Positions 18,644-28,348 of a stretch of DNA of 64,000 bases are shown one piece after another. Every line of letters begins with the position of its first letter. Within the stretch, counting starts at the first letter, position 1. The stretch comes from Dehalococcoidia bacterium (GTDB taxonomy: Bacteria; Chloroflexota; Dehalococcoidia; Lucifugimonadales; UBA3495). The notes under the pieces are model-generated. The model ran no database searches, was not told the origin of the DNA, and saw nothing but the letters and a program-made list of their open reading frames with translations. The stretch lies in assembly GCA_965220095.1 (NCBI GenBank), contig CBDCPD010000004.1, positions 36,582 to 100,581 on the forward strand, given 5' to 3'. Position numbers and translations under genes: made by a program.

Positions 18644-19447
18644 ATGTGGCTTCGTACAAGTTGTGATATTACCTTTGATGTGAGCGTCCCTACGCCTTTT
18701 ATCCTGATGCTCCGCCCTCGAAGCGGAGCACAACAGTGGGTGGCGCATGAAGACTGCACGTCGACGCCAAGCGTACCGATCACAGAGTATGCGGACAGTT
18801 ACGGTAATCTGTGCGAGCGATTGATAGCGCCCCCAGGTGAGTTTTCTATCCGTAGATATGCGGACGTTTCAACCGCAGACGGCGTTGACGTGTCGCCTGG
18901 CGCCCCATTTGACGAGGTGCATAATCTACCGGACGAGGTTCTAACCTATCTTCTTCCCAGCCGTTATTGCGAGTCCGACCGGTTTATAGACCTCGGTAAG
19001 GAACTCGTCGACGGCGTCGCGCCCGGCTACGATCAAGTGGCTAGAATTGTCGGGTGGATCCGCACCTCCGTGCGCTTCAATCCGGATTCCAGCAATTTTC
19101 AGATGTCGGCAGTCGAGGTCAACCAGCAGCGCGAGGGCGTATGCCGCGAGCTCACTCATTTGGGCATCGCGTTATCCCGTAGTCTCTGTATCCCAGCGCG
19201 TATCGTTGTCGGCTATCTGCATGAACTCGAGCCGATGGATTTTCACGCTTGGTTCGAGGCGTACGTAGGTGGCCGTTGGTACACCTTCGATGCAACGCAG
19301 GCCGTTCCACGTGGAGGGCGAGTTGCCGTCGCTTATGGGCGCGATGCGGCCGACGTGGCGATGTTCAACCAGTTTGGCCCGGCGCTATATCCCAGAGCAA
19401 TGGAGGTACGGGTCGAGATGCTCGACACTGGCCCGAGGAGCAATTGA
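18644..19447 (+). CDS. Transglutaminase-like cysteine protease family protein
   Basis: Core motifs EGVCRELTHL, DFHAWFEAYVGGRWYTFDAT. Bact_transglu_N-like N-terminal half. Confidence 0.8.
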   Translation: MWLRTSCDITFDVSVPTPFILMLRPRSGAQQWVAHEDCTSTPSVPITEYADSYGNLCERLIAPPGEFSIRRYADVSTADGVDVSPGAPFDEVHNLPDEVLTYLLPSRYCESDRFIDLGKELVDGVAPGYDQVARIVGWIRTSVRFNPDSSNFQMSAVEVNQQREGVCRELTHLGIALSRSLCIPARIVVGYLHELEPMDFHAWFEAYVGGRWYTFDATQAVPRGGRVAVAYGRDAADVAMFNQFGPALYPRAMEVRVEMLDTGPRSN

Positions 19448-19538
19448 GAATCCACTGTAGACCGTCAGCGAAAATGGGACACAGTAGGGGGTTAGGAAAC
19501 CCGAGAGATTGAGCGGGTAGAGCGAGCTCCTGGACGAG

Positions 19539-19597
19539 GGTGTAAAAGGCGGCGGTAAAGTGGGCCACGTGGGCGGGTCGATCGTCAGCTGGCGGCG
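19539..19597 (+). repeat. 59-bp direct repeat, copy 2
   Basis: ggtgtaaaaggcggcggtaaagtgggccacgtgggcgggtcgatcgtcagctggcggcg. Confidence 0.75.
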
Positions 19598-19651
19598 TCG
19601 CGAAACTGTACCGTCCACGGTGTTGTTGTCCAGCGATTCTGTCAGTTTAGG

Positions 19652-20010
19652 TGTGGATGATTGCTCATCTCGACCGGGGAAATAGTCTCTGATACCAGCG
19701 TTCCTTGTTGTCGCCTGACCGCCGGCGTTCGGAACCAAAGGGGGAGAGTTGGGCCGCCGGTATCCACCATGAGGCTGACGTTCTGAGTGCCAGAGCAACT
19801 GACTCGACGTAACATTCCTTGGGCGAACCACACTGGGTATCAATAAGGCGGAGGACGTTGGGAGGATGGATGCTCAAATTGGGTTCGCCAAGGCGTTGCG
19901 GTGGTTTTTGCCGACGACACTGGCGAGCTATCTCCAATTTCGTGGCTGGATCCGCCAGGACACCTTGTGCGACCGAAGTTCAGTAACATTTGATTAGAGG
20001 CGATGCACGG
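19652..20010 (+). ncRNA. TnpB 3' tail plus omega-RNA-like module, copy 2 (subfamily A, long form)
   Basis: Begins with a 13-codon ORF tail VWMIAHLDRGNSL-stop that is shared with copy 4. About 320 nt of conserved non-coding sequence follows, ending at ...gattagaggcgatgcacgg. Confidence 0.55.
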
Positions 20011-20270
20011 AGGCTGGACGCCGTCTTCTTGCTGGAGTTTCTGGACAAGCACGAGGGTTTTCAGGTACCACTCGCCATCGACCAATCCATAGTGACTGCC
20101 CTTGACCTGCAGGGCGAAACACTCCAGTTGCCCCACCCAGCAAAGTCCAACTCGATATAGACGAAGCCCCGGTGGTCTCTGCCAGCCAGGGCTTCATAAA
20201 CTCGGCGTTCCGCCAGCCGTTTGGGATCTTTCCGGCGGGTTGCGGGAAACTCCCGCGGGTACATTCTCAT
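20011..20270 (-). pseudogene. 5' fragment of a NERD / PD-(D/E)XK-like nuclease gene, frameshifted and truncated by the repeat end
   Basis: MRMYPREF...AERRVYEALAGRDHRGFVY.ELDF, then in another frame GQLECFALQVKGSHYGLVDGEWY. Coding stops exactly where repeat homology begins. Confidence 0.35.
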
Positions 20271-20360
20271 GGTTGGTGTTTCTGCTTCGGGGTTGCTATG
20301 CGTTCACAGCCAAGCGTCCGGTAGTGGTGAACCTCAGCCCATAACGCGTCCATGCGGGAC

Positions 20361-21398
20361 TCATGCCTCGTAGCAGGCCACCCAGTGTCCCGGCGCTCTC
20401 TCCTCCTGTGGAGGGTGAGGATCGTTGAGGCATCTTTCGGTAGCCATCGGACACCGGTCGTAGAAGCGGCACCTGGGCGCAGGGTCAATAGGCAGGGACA
20501 AGTCGCCCTGGATGTTCGGAGGTTCACGGCGACGCAGCGGGTCTGGAACGGGCACCGCCGAAAGGAGCGCCTTTGTGTACGGATGGAGCGGGTTGTGCAA
20601 CAGTTCTTCGGTATCTGCCAGTTCGACTATTTTCCCCAGGTACATCACGGCAATCCGGTGGCACATATAGCGGGCCACCGCCAGGTCGTGGGTGATGTAC
20701 AGATAGGCGATCCCAAGGCGTTGGGCCAGGTCCTGCATCAGGGACATGATGCCGGTGCGGCTTGACACGTCCAGCATGGAGGTGGGCTCGTCGGCCACTA
20801 CAAAGGACGGACCTATGACCAAGGCGCGGGCAATGGCCACGCGCTGACGCTGCCCACCGGAGAGTTCGTGAGGACGCCGGAACAGGAACGCGCCGGCCGG
20901 CGTGAGGCCCACGAGGTTTAGAATCTGGGAGACGCGGTCCAACCGATCCAGTGCGTCGCCAATGCCCTGCACGGCCAGGGGTTCGGCGATGGTGTCATAT
21001 ACGGTTCGCCTGGGGTTCATTGATTCGTAGGGATCCTGGAAAATCATCTGGACCTGCCGGCGGAAGGCCCGCAACTGCCGTCCTTTGATAGTTGACACCA
21101 CCACTGAACCCGCGAGATGTCCGCTGGCAACCGGCGCGGGGAACCGGAAAGATACGCGTCCGTGGGTAGGTTCAAGCAGCTTGACCAACAGCTTGCCCAC
21201 GGTGGTCTTGCCGCAACCGGACTCGCCGACCAAGCCCAGGCTTTCCCCACAACCCACTTGGAAAGACACGTTGTCCACGGCGTGGATAAAGCTGGAAGGC
21301 TTACGGAACAAATTCGCGGCGATGGGAAAACGCTTGGTCAACCCTTCCGCGGTGACCAGGGCCTCTCGGTCGTATTCCGTTGGGTACGCAGATTCCAT
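20361..21398 (-). CDS. Peptide ABC transporter ATP-binding protein (OppF/DppF-like)
   Basis: Walker [10 protein letters not shown], signature LSGGQRQR, C-terminal oligopeptide-type extension. Start taken at MESAYPTEY. Confidence 0.85.
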   Translation of the reverse strand: MESAYPTEYDREALVTAEGLTKRFPIAANLFRKPSSFIHAVDNVSFQVGCGESLGLVGESGCGKTTVGKLLVKLLEPTHGRVSFRFPAPVASGHLAGSVVVSTIKGRQLRAFRRQVQMIFQDPYESMNPRRTVYDTIAEPLAVQGIGDALDRLDRVSQILNLVGLTPAGAFLFRRPHELSGGQRQRVAIARALVIGPSFVVADEPTSMLDVSSRTGIMSLMQDLAQRLGIAYLYITHDLAVARYMCHRIAVMYLGKIVELADTEELLHNPLHPYTKALLSAVPVPDPLRRREPPNIQGDLSLPIDPAPRCRFYDRCPMATERCLNDPHPPQEERAPGHWVACYEA

Positions 21399-21405
21399 GG
21401 TTAGA

Positions 21406-22419
21406 CTACTGGGATATGTTATGCGCCGCCGCCCGGTTACGCGCTTCGTCCAATGGGTGCCAGCAGGCGGCCCATTGACTCCCGCGGTCCACCCGTGGCG
21501 GATATTCGCGACGGCATACCTCGGTGGCGTAAGCACACCTGGGATGGAATGGACATCCCGGGGGAGGGTCAACCAGGTTGGGAGGTTCGCCCGGGAGGGT
21601 GGTCAGCGGCAGTTTCTCACCACTTATGCTGGGGAATGAGGACATGAGAGCCGCCGTATAAGGGTGAATCGGCGCGCGGAATACGTCGGCGGTATCACCC
21701 AACTCCACCAGATTGCCGGCGTACATCACCCCGGTTCGGTCGGTGATTTCCGCAACCACTCCGATGTCGTGGCTGATGTAAATCATGCCCATCCGCAGTT
21801 CCTGCTGCACACCCTTCAGTTCCCTGAGGATACGATCCTGCACGATTACATCGAGGGCCGTGGTCGGCTCATCGGCGATGATCACGGCGGGGTCGCAGGC
21901 CAACGCCATCGCGATGACCGCTCGCTGCCGCATTCCGCCGCTGAACTCGTGGGGATATCGTTGCATCAATTGAGGATCGAGTCCCACCATGCGGAACAGG
22001 CGAGCCACCCGCGCCCTGGCGTCGGCGGCCGTCGCCTCCACGCGGTGGGCTTCGATTGCCTCCACCACCTGCTGCCCAACCCGATACACCGGGTCGAGGG
22101 AATTCATAGCCGCCTGGAACACCATGGCCATACGCCGCCAGCGGAATTGGCGCATTTCCTCTTCTGGCAGTTGAAGCAGGTCCCGGCCGTCGAGCAGAAC
22201 CTGTCCCGACGTCAGGCGGCCGTTGTCGGGCAGCAGCCGCAGGAGGCAGTTGGCAATGGAAGTCTTGCCGCAACCGGATTCGCCCACCAACCCCAACGAC
22301 TGCCCCCGCGCCAACTCGAAGCTGACGCCCCGCACGGCTCGCACCGTTCCGTGTCGGGTCAGATAGGACAGCGAGAGGTCCACCACCTTCAGGACCGGGT
22401 CGTTATGCGCCATTGTCAT
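21406..22419 (-). CDS. Peptide ABC transporter ATP-binding protein (OppD/DppD-like)
   Basis: [26 protein letters not shown]. Confidence 0.85.
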   Translation of the reverse strand: MTMAHNDPVLKVVDLSLSYLTRHGTVRAVRGVSFELARGQSLGLVGESGCGKTSIANCLLRLLPDNGRLTSGQVLLDGRDLLQLPEEEMRQFRWRRMAMVFQAAMNSLDPVYRVGQQVVEAIEAHRVEATAADARARVARLFRMVGLDPQLMQRYPHEFSGGMRQRAVIAMALACDPAVIIADEPTTALDVIVQDRILRELKGVQQELRMGMIYISHDIGVVAEITDRTGVMYAGNLVELGDTADVFRAPIHPYTAALMSSFPSISGEKLPLTTLPGEPPNLVDPPPGCPFHPRCAYATEVCRREYPPRVDRGSQWAACWHPLDEARNRAAAHNISQ

Positions 22420-22437
22420 CCGTAGGAACCCTTCGCG

Positions 22438-23451
22438 TCAGCCGTCGTGGCGCCGGAGCCTGGGATTGACCACCTCGTCCAACGCACGCCCGACCAGGTA
22501 GAAAGCGCTGCACAGGAGTGTGATGGACGCCCCGGCGGGGATGACCAACCACCAGTACCTGGCGCCGCCCAGCAGGTATCCGCCGGTGTTCGCGGTGTGG
22601 ATCATTATGCCCCAGCTCATTCTCAGGTCGAGCAGGCCCAGGAAAGACAGCACGGCCTCCGCAAAGATGGCGCCGGTCACGGTGAACATCATGTAGAGCA
22701 GGGACAGGGGCAGCAGGTTGGGAATGATATGCACAAGTATGACGTGGAAATGGCCGCCGCCAGCCACCCGCGCCGCCTCGATGTAGGGTTTGACCCGGAT
22801 GCTCAAGGCCTGGGACTTCAGGATGATGGCGGTGCCTCCAAAGCCACCCAGCAGGCCGATTATCAGGGCCAGGTAGAAGAGGTTCAGGTTGAAAAGGGCG
22901 CTGAGCACGATGAGCAGGGAAATGCCCGGCAAAGCGATGACCAGATCCGCGAGCCGCATCAATAGAGCGTCCACCAGCCCTCCGTAGTAGGCGGCGACAG
23001 CGCCCACGGTGGTGGCGATGCCCACCGTCACCAGGGCCGCGGTTATGCCCAGTATGAACTCGGACCGAGCGCTGAACAGCAATTGGCTCAGTATGTCCCG
23101 TCCGAGCGGGTCAGTGCCCAGAGGGTGTCTCCAGTTCGGCGACGCCGGATGCTGGGCGCGGTCGTAAGCATAGCCCGTTACCGGGTCGTACACCTCGGTA
23201 TCCCAAACGGTGGCTATGAGTATGGGGTGGGAAAGTGCCATGAGCGCGAACATGGCAATGGTCGCGAGGGACAGCAGGCCAATGCGGCTCTCCAGGAATA
23301 TGGTCCAGCCGTCCCTGAGCGACCGCCATGCCAACCGCAACCGGACCAACGCCAGTTGCAACCTTCCCGGACGCAGGTCGATGTACGGCGGCTCGGTGGG
23401 GAAGGACGCCCCTCCGTCCGTCGGCGGATGGTTTGATTGTTGGTCAATCAC
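22438..23451 (-). CDS. Peptide ABC transporter permease (OppC/DppC-like)
   Basis: Multi-TM BPD-type permease. The proposed GTG start overlaps the upstream stop as GTGA. Confidence 0.75.
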   Translation of the reverse strand: MIDQQSNHPPTDGGASFPTEPPYIDLRPGRLQLALVRLRLAWRSLRDGWTIFLESRIGLLSLATIAMFALMALSHPILIATVWDTEVYDPVTGYAYDRAQHPASPNWRHPLGTDPLGRDILSQLLFSARSEFILGITAALVTVGIATTVGAVAAYYGGLVDALLMRLADLVIALPGISLLIVLSALFNLNLFYLALIIGLLGGFGGTAIILKSQALSIRVKPYIEAARVAGGGHFHVILVHIIPNLLPLSLLYMMFTVTGAIFAEAVLSFLGLLDLRMSWGIMIHTANTGGYLLGGARYWWLVIPAGASITLLCSAFYLVGRALDEVVNPRLRRHDG

Positions 23452-24608
23452 TGGTAACGTATCCTCGGGTCGAGGTACACGTACAGGATGTCTACTATCA
23501 CGTGGGCCAGCAGAGAGAACAGCCCGATGAAGACCATTGCGCCCATGACCAGTGGCAGGTCTTCGGACCGCACGGCTTGTAGCAATGTCATGCCGGTGCC
23601 GGGCCACGAGAACACGCCTTCGATGATCACGCTGCCGTCGATCGCGAAGATCAGGCTGTAAACCAAGCTGGTAATCACCGGGAGCAGGGCATTGCGGGCA
23701 GCATGTTGATCCCGCACCACCTTTTCAGGCAAACCCTTGGCCCGGGCCGCCATCACGTAGTCCTCGCGCATCGTCTCCAGCATACTGTTTCGCGTCAGCA
23801 GCATGGTGCCGGCGAAAGATATGAGGGTGAGCGTAGCGATGGGCAGGATCATGTGCCTGAGAATATCCAGCGCCAGATGGCCAAAGCCTGAGAACCCCCA
23901 GGCGATGAGGACAGCCAGCACGCCGGCTGCGATGACCAAAGCCGACGTCCGCGCTGGCCCAACGCGACCGAGCTTCCGGGCGGCCAACAGAGTCAACAAC
24001 GCGAAGGCGATGAAGGCGCCGGCCGTGGCGAGCATGTAACTGAAAACGTAGTTGGCGCTGACCTCAGCCTCGCGCCAGATCAAAGGGTCCAGGAACTTGC
24101 CAACGGGTAGCCATCCCAGCTTGAATGCGAAGATCCAGATCATCATCAGGGCGAAAGCCGGGGTGAACGCGGTGAAGAGTGTTGCGCCCGAGATGGTGGC
24201 GGCATACTCCAGCACGCCGCCCCGACGCCAGGCGATGGCTTTGCCCAGGAAGAACCCGATGTAGAAGGACGTTGCCGTTGCGGTGAGAAACAGGACTACG
24301 GTGCGGGGAAGGCGCTCTGCCAGCACGTCGATGACCGGTCGGGGGAAATAACCGAAGGATACGCCGAAATCCCCGGTAAAGGTGTTCTTCATGTGGATGA
24401 GGTACTGTTGCCACAATGGTTTGTCCAAACCGAACGACTCCTTGATCCGCGCTCGAACATCGGCGGGCAGGTCGGGGTTCAGGGCGTAGAATGAGGCGTA
24501 GTCGCCAGGCTGGGCCTGCACCAGGAAGAAGGCCAGCGTCACGATCAGGAAGAGCGTCAAGGCCATTTGGCCGGCGCGTCGGACCAGGTATCCTGTCATC
24601 GAGACCAT
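23448..24608 (-). CDS. Peptide ABC transporter permease (OppB/DppB-like)
   Basis: Starts MVSMTGYLVRRAGQ...; multi-TM. The start is chosen at the internal Met of the 23448..24701 ORF. Confidence 0.75.
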   Translation of the reverse strand: MVSMTGYLVRRAGQMALTLFLIVTLAFFLVQAQPGDYASFYALNPDLPADVRARIKESFGLDKPLWQQYLIHMKNTFTGDFGVSFGYFPRPVIDVLAERLPRTVVLFLTATATSFYIGFFLGKAIAWRRGGVLEYAATISGATLFTAFTPAFALMMIWIFAFKLGWLPVGKFLDPLIWREAEVSANYVFSYMLATAGAFIAFALLTLLAARKLGRVGPARTSALVIAAGVLAVLIAWGFSGFGHLALDILRHMILPIATLTLISFAGTMLLTRNSMLETMREDYVMAARAKGLPEKVVRDQHAARNALLPVITSLVYSLIFAIDGSVIIEGVFSWPGTGMTLLQAVRSEDLPLVMGAMVFIGLFSLLAHVIVDILYVYLDPRIRYQ

Positions 24609-24775
24609 TCCCTCATTTTGACGCCTTACCCTGCTGTGCCCCAACCTTCGGGCAGCCAGGTTGGCGCCCGGCCGGAGGATACGCCCGCAGATCCGAACCA
24701 TCTCCCAATGCGACCGCCAAGTTGCGGTGTGTCCGTGAGATTATGGTGGGAGACGGCAGGCGCTTCCCCAGGCAG

Positions 24776-26755
24776 CTATTTGAACCAGACCAAGGTTGTC
24801 AAACCCGCGGCGTTCTGAAGTCCGCCGAGGGATTCGGTGTAGGGGAATTCAACGCGGTCGCTCCGATAAGCCTCCACCAGCGGGGTGTCGAACAACACGA
24901 CGTAGGGCAGGTCATCAGCCAGGAACGCCTGCATCTCAAAGACCTGCCGGCGCGCCGTCTCCAGATCCGTTTCCGCCAACAGCTGATCGGCGAGGCGGTC
25001 GAATTCAGGGTTGTCGTAGCCGCCGGCGTTGTGTCCTTCCAGTCCGGAATGGCGGCTGTGAAAGAATGATTCCAGGTAGTCGGGATAGAGGCTCAGGCCC
25101 CAGCCGAGAATCCACATATCGAAATCCTGCCGGTCAAACACCTTCTCCACGATCAGGTTGAAGCCGGTCAGGTCAGCCCGCAGCGGGATGCCGACTTCGT
25201 TCAGCCATCTTTCGATCCAGATGGCGAATGTGGAGCGCAGGGGGTCGTAGCCGGGGCTCGGAGCTAGCAAAGTCATGGCTGGCATCGGCTCGCCGTTGGG
25301 CATCTTCAGTCCTTCTCCCGGCTGCTCGATGAACTTTCCGTCTTCGCTCACCCGCGGCTCGGTTTCCCAGGCGAACCCGGCTCCCTTGAGCAACTCCACC
25401 GCCCGAGCTACCCGTTCTCCCCGGCTCAGGCCCTTGCCGATCAACGGCACGTCCGGGTTGTACCAGGCTTTGTTGCCCTCGGGCACCATGGTGTACACCG
25501 GAATGGCTACGCCTTGCAGAACGGTTTCCGTCAGGAATTCCTTATCTATCAGGGTTGCCACGGCCTGGCGGAATGCTTTGTTGTCCTGGGGCGCCTTTCG
25601 GACATTGAACCCCAGGTACCGGACGCCGTCGGACGGGTTTTCAATGACGGATAACCCGTCCTCACCCTGCAATTGTTCCTGCAGACCCTTGGACAGACCC
25701 AGAGGGTTGAGCATGAAATCGATATCGCCTTTTTTGAGGGCCAATACGGTGCCGTCCTGGCTACCGTAAATCGAGTAGATTGTGCTGTCGGCGTAAGGCC
25801 CAACGGTGTATTCAAGCGATTTGTCGCCGCCCGTTTCACCGTAAGCAGCGAACTCGTAGACGCCCGACTTGGCCTCGGCGTAGGAGCCGTTGGCAAATTG
25901 GGTGATCACACTGTCGCGGAAGAAATAATCGGGGTTCCTGGCCTTTTCGGCGAAAGCGCCGCGCTCCCATTTGCCGAAGCTGAAACCTCCGGCGGTGGGC
26001 TCGTTCTGCGGGACATGGGAGTACAGCGCTTTTTGCTGTTCAACGAGTTCACCCGCTCGCCTGGCATCGGCCACCACCGGCTCCCAATAAGCCTTGGAGA
26101 GGATGGGCATGAAAGCCAAGCCGAACTGCCAGCGGGCCAGGCCGGGTTTGTGCTTGAAGAATATCTTCAACTGGTAAGGGTCCAAGGCTTCCGCGTGGTC
26201 GAAGAACTCAGGGTCCACGATAGACGGCCAATTGCCGGCAAGTTGCAGCTCGGCGGCAGTATGGGCGGTGAACACAAAGTCTGCTGCCGTTACTCCGTTC
26301 CCATCGCTCCATTGGACGCCGCGCTTCAGGGCAACCTCGGTGGTCCAAAAAGTTTGACCGTCTATCGTTTCCTCCCGCAGGGGCGAAGGGAAATCGGCGG
26401 CTAGGGAGGGTACCCAGTCGAACCGTTGCGCCGAATAGACAAACAGCGCGGGATTGCTGCCGCCCAGGACATAGAGGTTCCAAATTGTTCCGTCCGGCCC
26501 GAGGTACGCCCAAAAATTGGTCGTAGTAAGGTCTGCCGAAATGCCGACTTGGTAAATATTTTCACTCTCGTCGGGCCTTGGCGCGTCCGTCGGCAGAGCG
26601 AGGGCGATAGCCTTCGGCACGGGAGACGCGGGTCCCGGGGTGGCCGTAACCACCACCTCCTTCACCACTTCCCTGGTGCATCCCAAGAGTGCAAACAAGG
26701 CCAATATCAGGCCGCAAACGATTAATATTCCCATCACACGAATCATTGGTTGCAA
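24776..26755 (-). CDS. ABC transporter substrate-binding protein, family 5 (peptide/nickel), lipoprotein
   Basis: Signal plus lipobox (LLGC), length 659 aa, first gene of the opp-like operon. Confidence 0.8.
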   Translation of the reverse strand: MQPMIRVMGILIVCGLILALFALLGCTREVVKEVVVTATPGPASPVPKAIALALPTDAPRPDESENIYQVGISADLTTTNFWAYLGPDGTIWNLYVLGGSNPALFVYSAQRFDWVPSLAADFPSPLREETIDGQTFWTTEVALKRGVQWSDGNGVTAADFVFTAHTAAELQLAGNWPSIVDPEFFDHAEALDPYQLKIFFKHKPGLARWQFGLAFMPILSKAYWEPVVADARRAGELVEQQKALYSHVPQNEPTAGGFSFGKWERGAFAEKARNPDYFFRDSVITQFANGSYAEAKSGVYEFAAYGETGGDKSLEYTVGPYADSTIYSIYGSQDGTVLALKKGDIDFMLNPLGLSKGLQEQLQGEDGLSVIENPSDGVRYLGFNVRKAPQDNKAFRQAVATLIDKEFLTETVLQGVAIPVYTMVPEGNKAWYNPDVPLIGKGLSRGERVARAVELLKGAGFAWETEPRVSEDGKFIEQPGEGLKMPNGEPMPAMTLLAPSPGYDPLRSTFAIWIERWLNEVGIPLRADLTGFNLIVEKVFDRQDFDMWILGWGLSLYPDYLESFFHSRHSGLEGHNAGGYDNPEFDRLADQLLAETDLETARRQVFEMQAFLADDLPYVVLFDTPLVEAYRSDRVEFPYTESLGGLQNAAGLTTLVWFK

Positions 26756-26776
26756 CTCTTGAAATGAGCTGAAATC

Positions 26777-26889
26777 GTAACTGTTCAGACTTGTGGGGAT
26801 CTACGGGCCATCAGGCCTCTCACAGAGGGGCAGCCAAGCACGGAATTTGCTTTGCAAGCCGACTCGTCCCCTCAAACGTGAACAGTTAC
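26777..26889. repeat. MITE-like 113-bp palindromic repeat, copy B
   Basis: gtaactgttcagacttgtgggga ... tcccctcaaacgtgaacagttac. It lies 22 bp upstream of the SBP start codon. Confidence 0.6.
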
Positions 26890-26979
26890 CCGAAATCTAG
26901 CACGTCAGCCAAACGGGGGCAAGAAAGCGAGACAGCACGTAACTGTTCGGCCTCGGTGAGTTGAAATGGCTGAAGGGGG

Positions 26980-27888
26980 TTGGGGGAACGCTGGCGCTGG
27001 TGGAGGCGGTTATGTCATATATCTGAGATAGATAGAGAAATCGACCTCACCAGTGCCGGCCGGGATATGCTGATTGCCATCATCGTACGCCAACAGGGGG
27101 ACCGCTTGGGCGACGGCTGGTACTCAGGCGTGCTGAAGCAGCACCTAATGCATCTGCGGCAAACGCCGGATGGCATTGAGTACCGGGCGGGCGGTCCGGA
27201 CGGGGAGATCGCCGACGTAGACCTGGATGATCAGTTACGCCGTTATTTCCGGCTGGACACCGATGACATCGAGAGCATCTATGTCGATCTGGCCGGGCGC
27301 GACAGCCAAATCGGCCCGCTGTTGGAACGTTACTGTGGCGTGCGCCTCCTGCGGCAGGAGCCGTGGGAATGCCTGACATCGTACATCTGCTCGGCGCGGG
27401 CCAGTGTTGCGAGCATCACCAAAAACGCGGAGGCGCTGGCGGAGGAATACGGCAACCCGGTGGCGGTCGCTGGCGAAACTCGTCGTACCTTTCCGGCGCC
27501 AGAGGTGCTGGTCCAGGCCAATGAGAGTCGGCTAGAGGAATTGGGGCTGGGATTTAAAGGGCCACGCGTCATCGCTGCGGCCCGTCAGGTTACCGACAAC
27601 CTCGGAGAGCTGGAGAGGTTGAAGGAGATGCCCTATCCCGACGCGAAGCGGAGACTGATAGAGTATGACGGCATCGGCCCCAAGATCGCTGACTGCATTT
27701 GCCTGATGGCGTTGGACAAGGTGGAGGCGTTTCCGGTGGACCGCCACATTAGACGCGCGGTGGAGGACTACGTCTCGTCGGAGCCGAAGGCAACGGACGC
27801 GGTGATGGTGCGATGGGCGCAGGACCACTTCGGATCCTACGCCGGCTATGCGGGGCAGTACTTCTTTCTCGACCAGCGACAGAGCTGA
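26980..27888 (+). CDS. 8-oxoguanine DNA glycosylase / AP lyase (OGG1-type HhH-GPD)
   Basis: RLLRQEPWECL; HhH-GPD motif GIGPKIADCICLMALDKVEAFPVDRHIRR. The start is uncertain (TTG 26980 or ATG 27067). Confidence 0.75.
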   Translation: MGERWRWWRRLCHISEIDREIDLTSAGRDMLIAIIVRQQGDRLGDGWYSGVLKQHLMHLRQTPDGIEYRAGGPDGEIADVDLDDQLRRYFRLDTDDIESIYVDLAGRDSQIGPLLERYCGVRLLRQEPWECLTSYICSARASVASITKNAEALAEEYGNPVAVAGETRRTFPAPEVLVQANESRLEELGLGFKGPRVIAAARQVTDNLGELERLKEMPYPDAKRRLIEYDGIGPKIADCICLMALDKVEAFPVDRHIRRAVEDYVSSEPKATDAVMVRWAQDHFGSYAGYAGQYFFLDQRQS

Positions 27889-28145
27889 CCGGCACAGTTC
27901 CATCTCACGTCATCGTGTTTGGTCAGGTTGTCATGCCAGTCAGCGCTCCCCTTCGGGCGCTGATGCGACGGCGAAGTTGCAGGTGCTCATCAAACCCTTG
28001 ATGTAGTTGTTGGACGCCAGTTGTTGTTGAGCCGGGTTGTTGAACACCGTTCCCTGCTTGGCGAGCGGGCTCTCTGCCCAGGTGTTCAGGTGACGCGACG
28101 CAATCCGCCATCGGGCGGCGGGCGAATTCTGCCAACGGTCGCTTA

Positions 28146-28348
28146 CGTAACGGCGATTGTGTGAACCACGGCAGGTATCAATAAAGGGCGGACGCAGGCG
28201 CGACGCACGAGCAAATCGAATCTACTGATGCGTTGTGGTGGGTCTTGCCGACGACACTGGTCAGCCATCTCCAATTTCGTGGCTGGATCTGCCAGGAGAT
28301 CTTGTGCGACTGAAGTTCAGTAACATTTGATTTGCGGCAATGCGCAAG
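28146..28348 (+). ncRNA. Solo TnpB right-end / omega-RNA-like module, copy 3 (subfamily A)
   Basis: Aligns with copies 1 and 2. Homology ends at ...gatttgcggcaatgcgcaag. Confidence 0.5.

Noticed and set aside
27953-28150. Minus-strand reading frame with protein-like translation (...WQNSPAARWRIASRHLNTWAESPLAKQGTVFNNPAQQQLASNNYIKGLMSTCNFAVASAPEGER-stop) between the OGG gene and repeat copy 3.
   Set aside because: It has no start codon and no recognisable motif, and it runs into repeat sequence upstream. It may be the 3' remnant of a gene destroyed by the insertion, but I cannot support a call.
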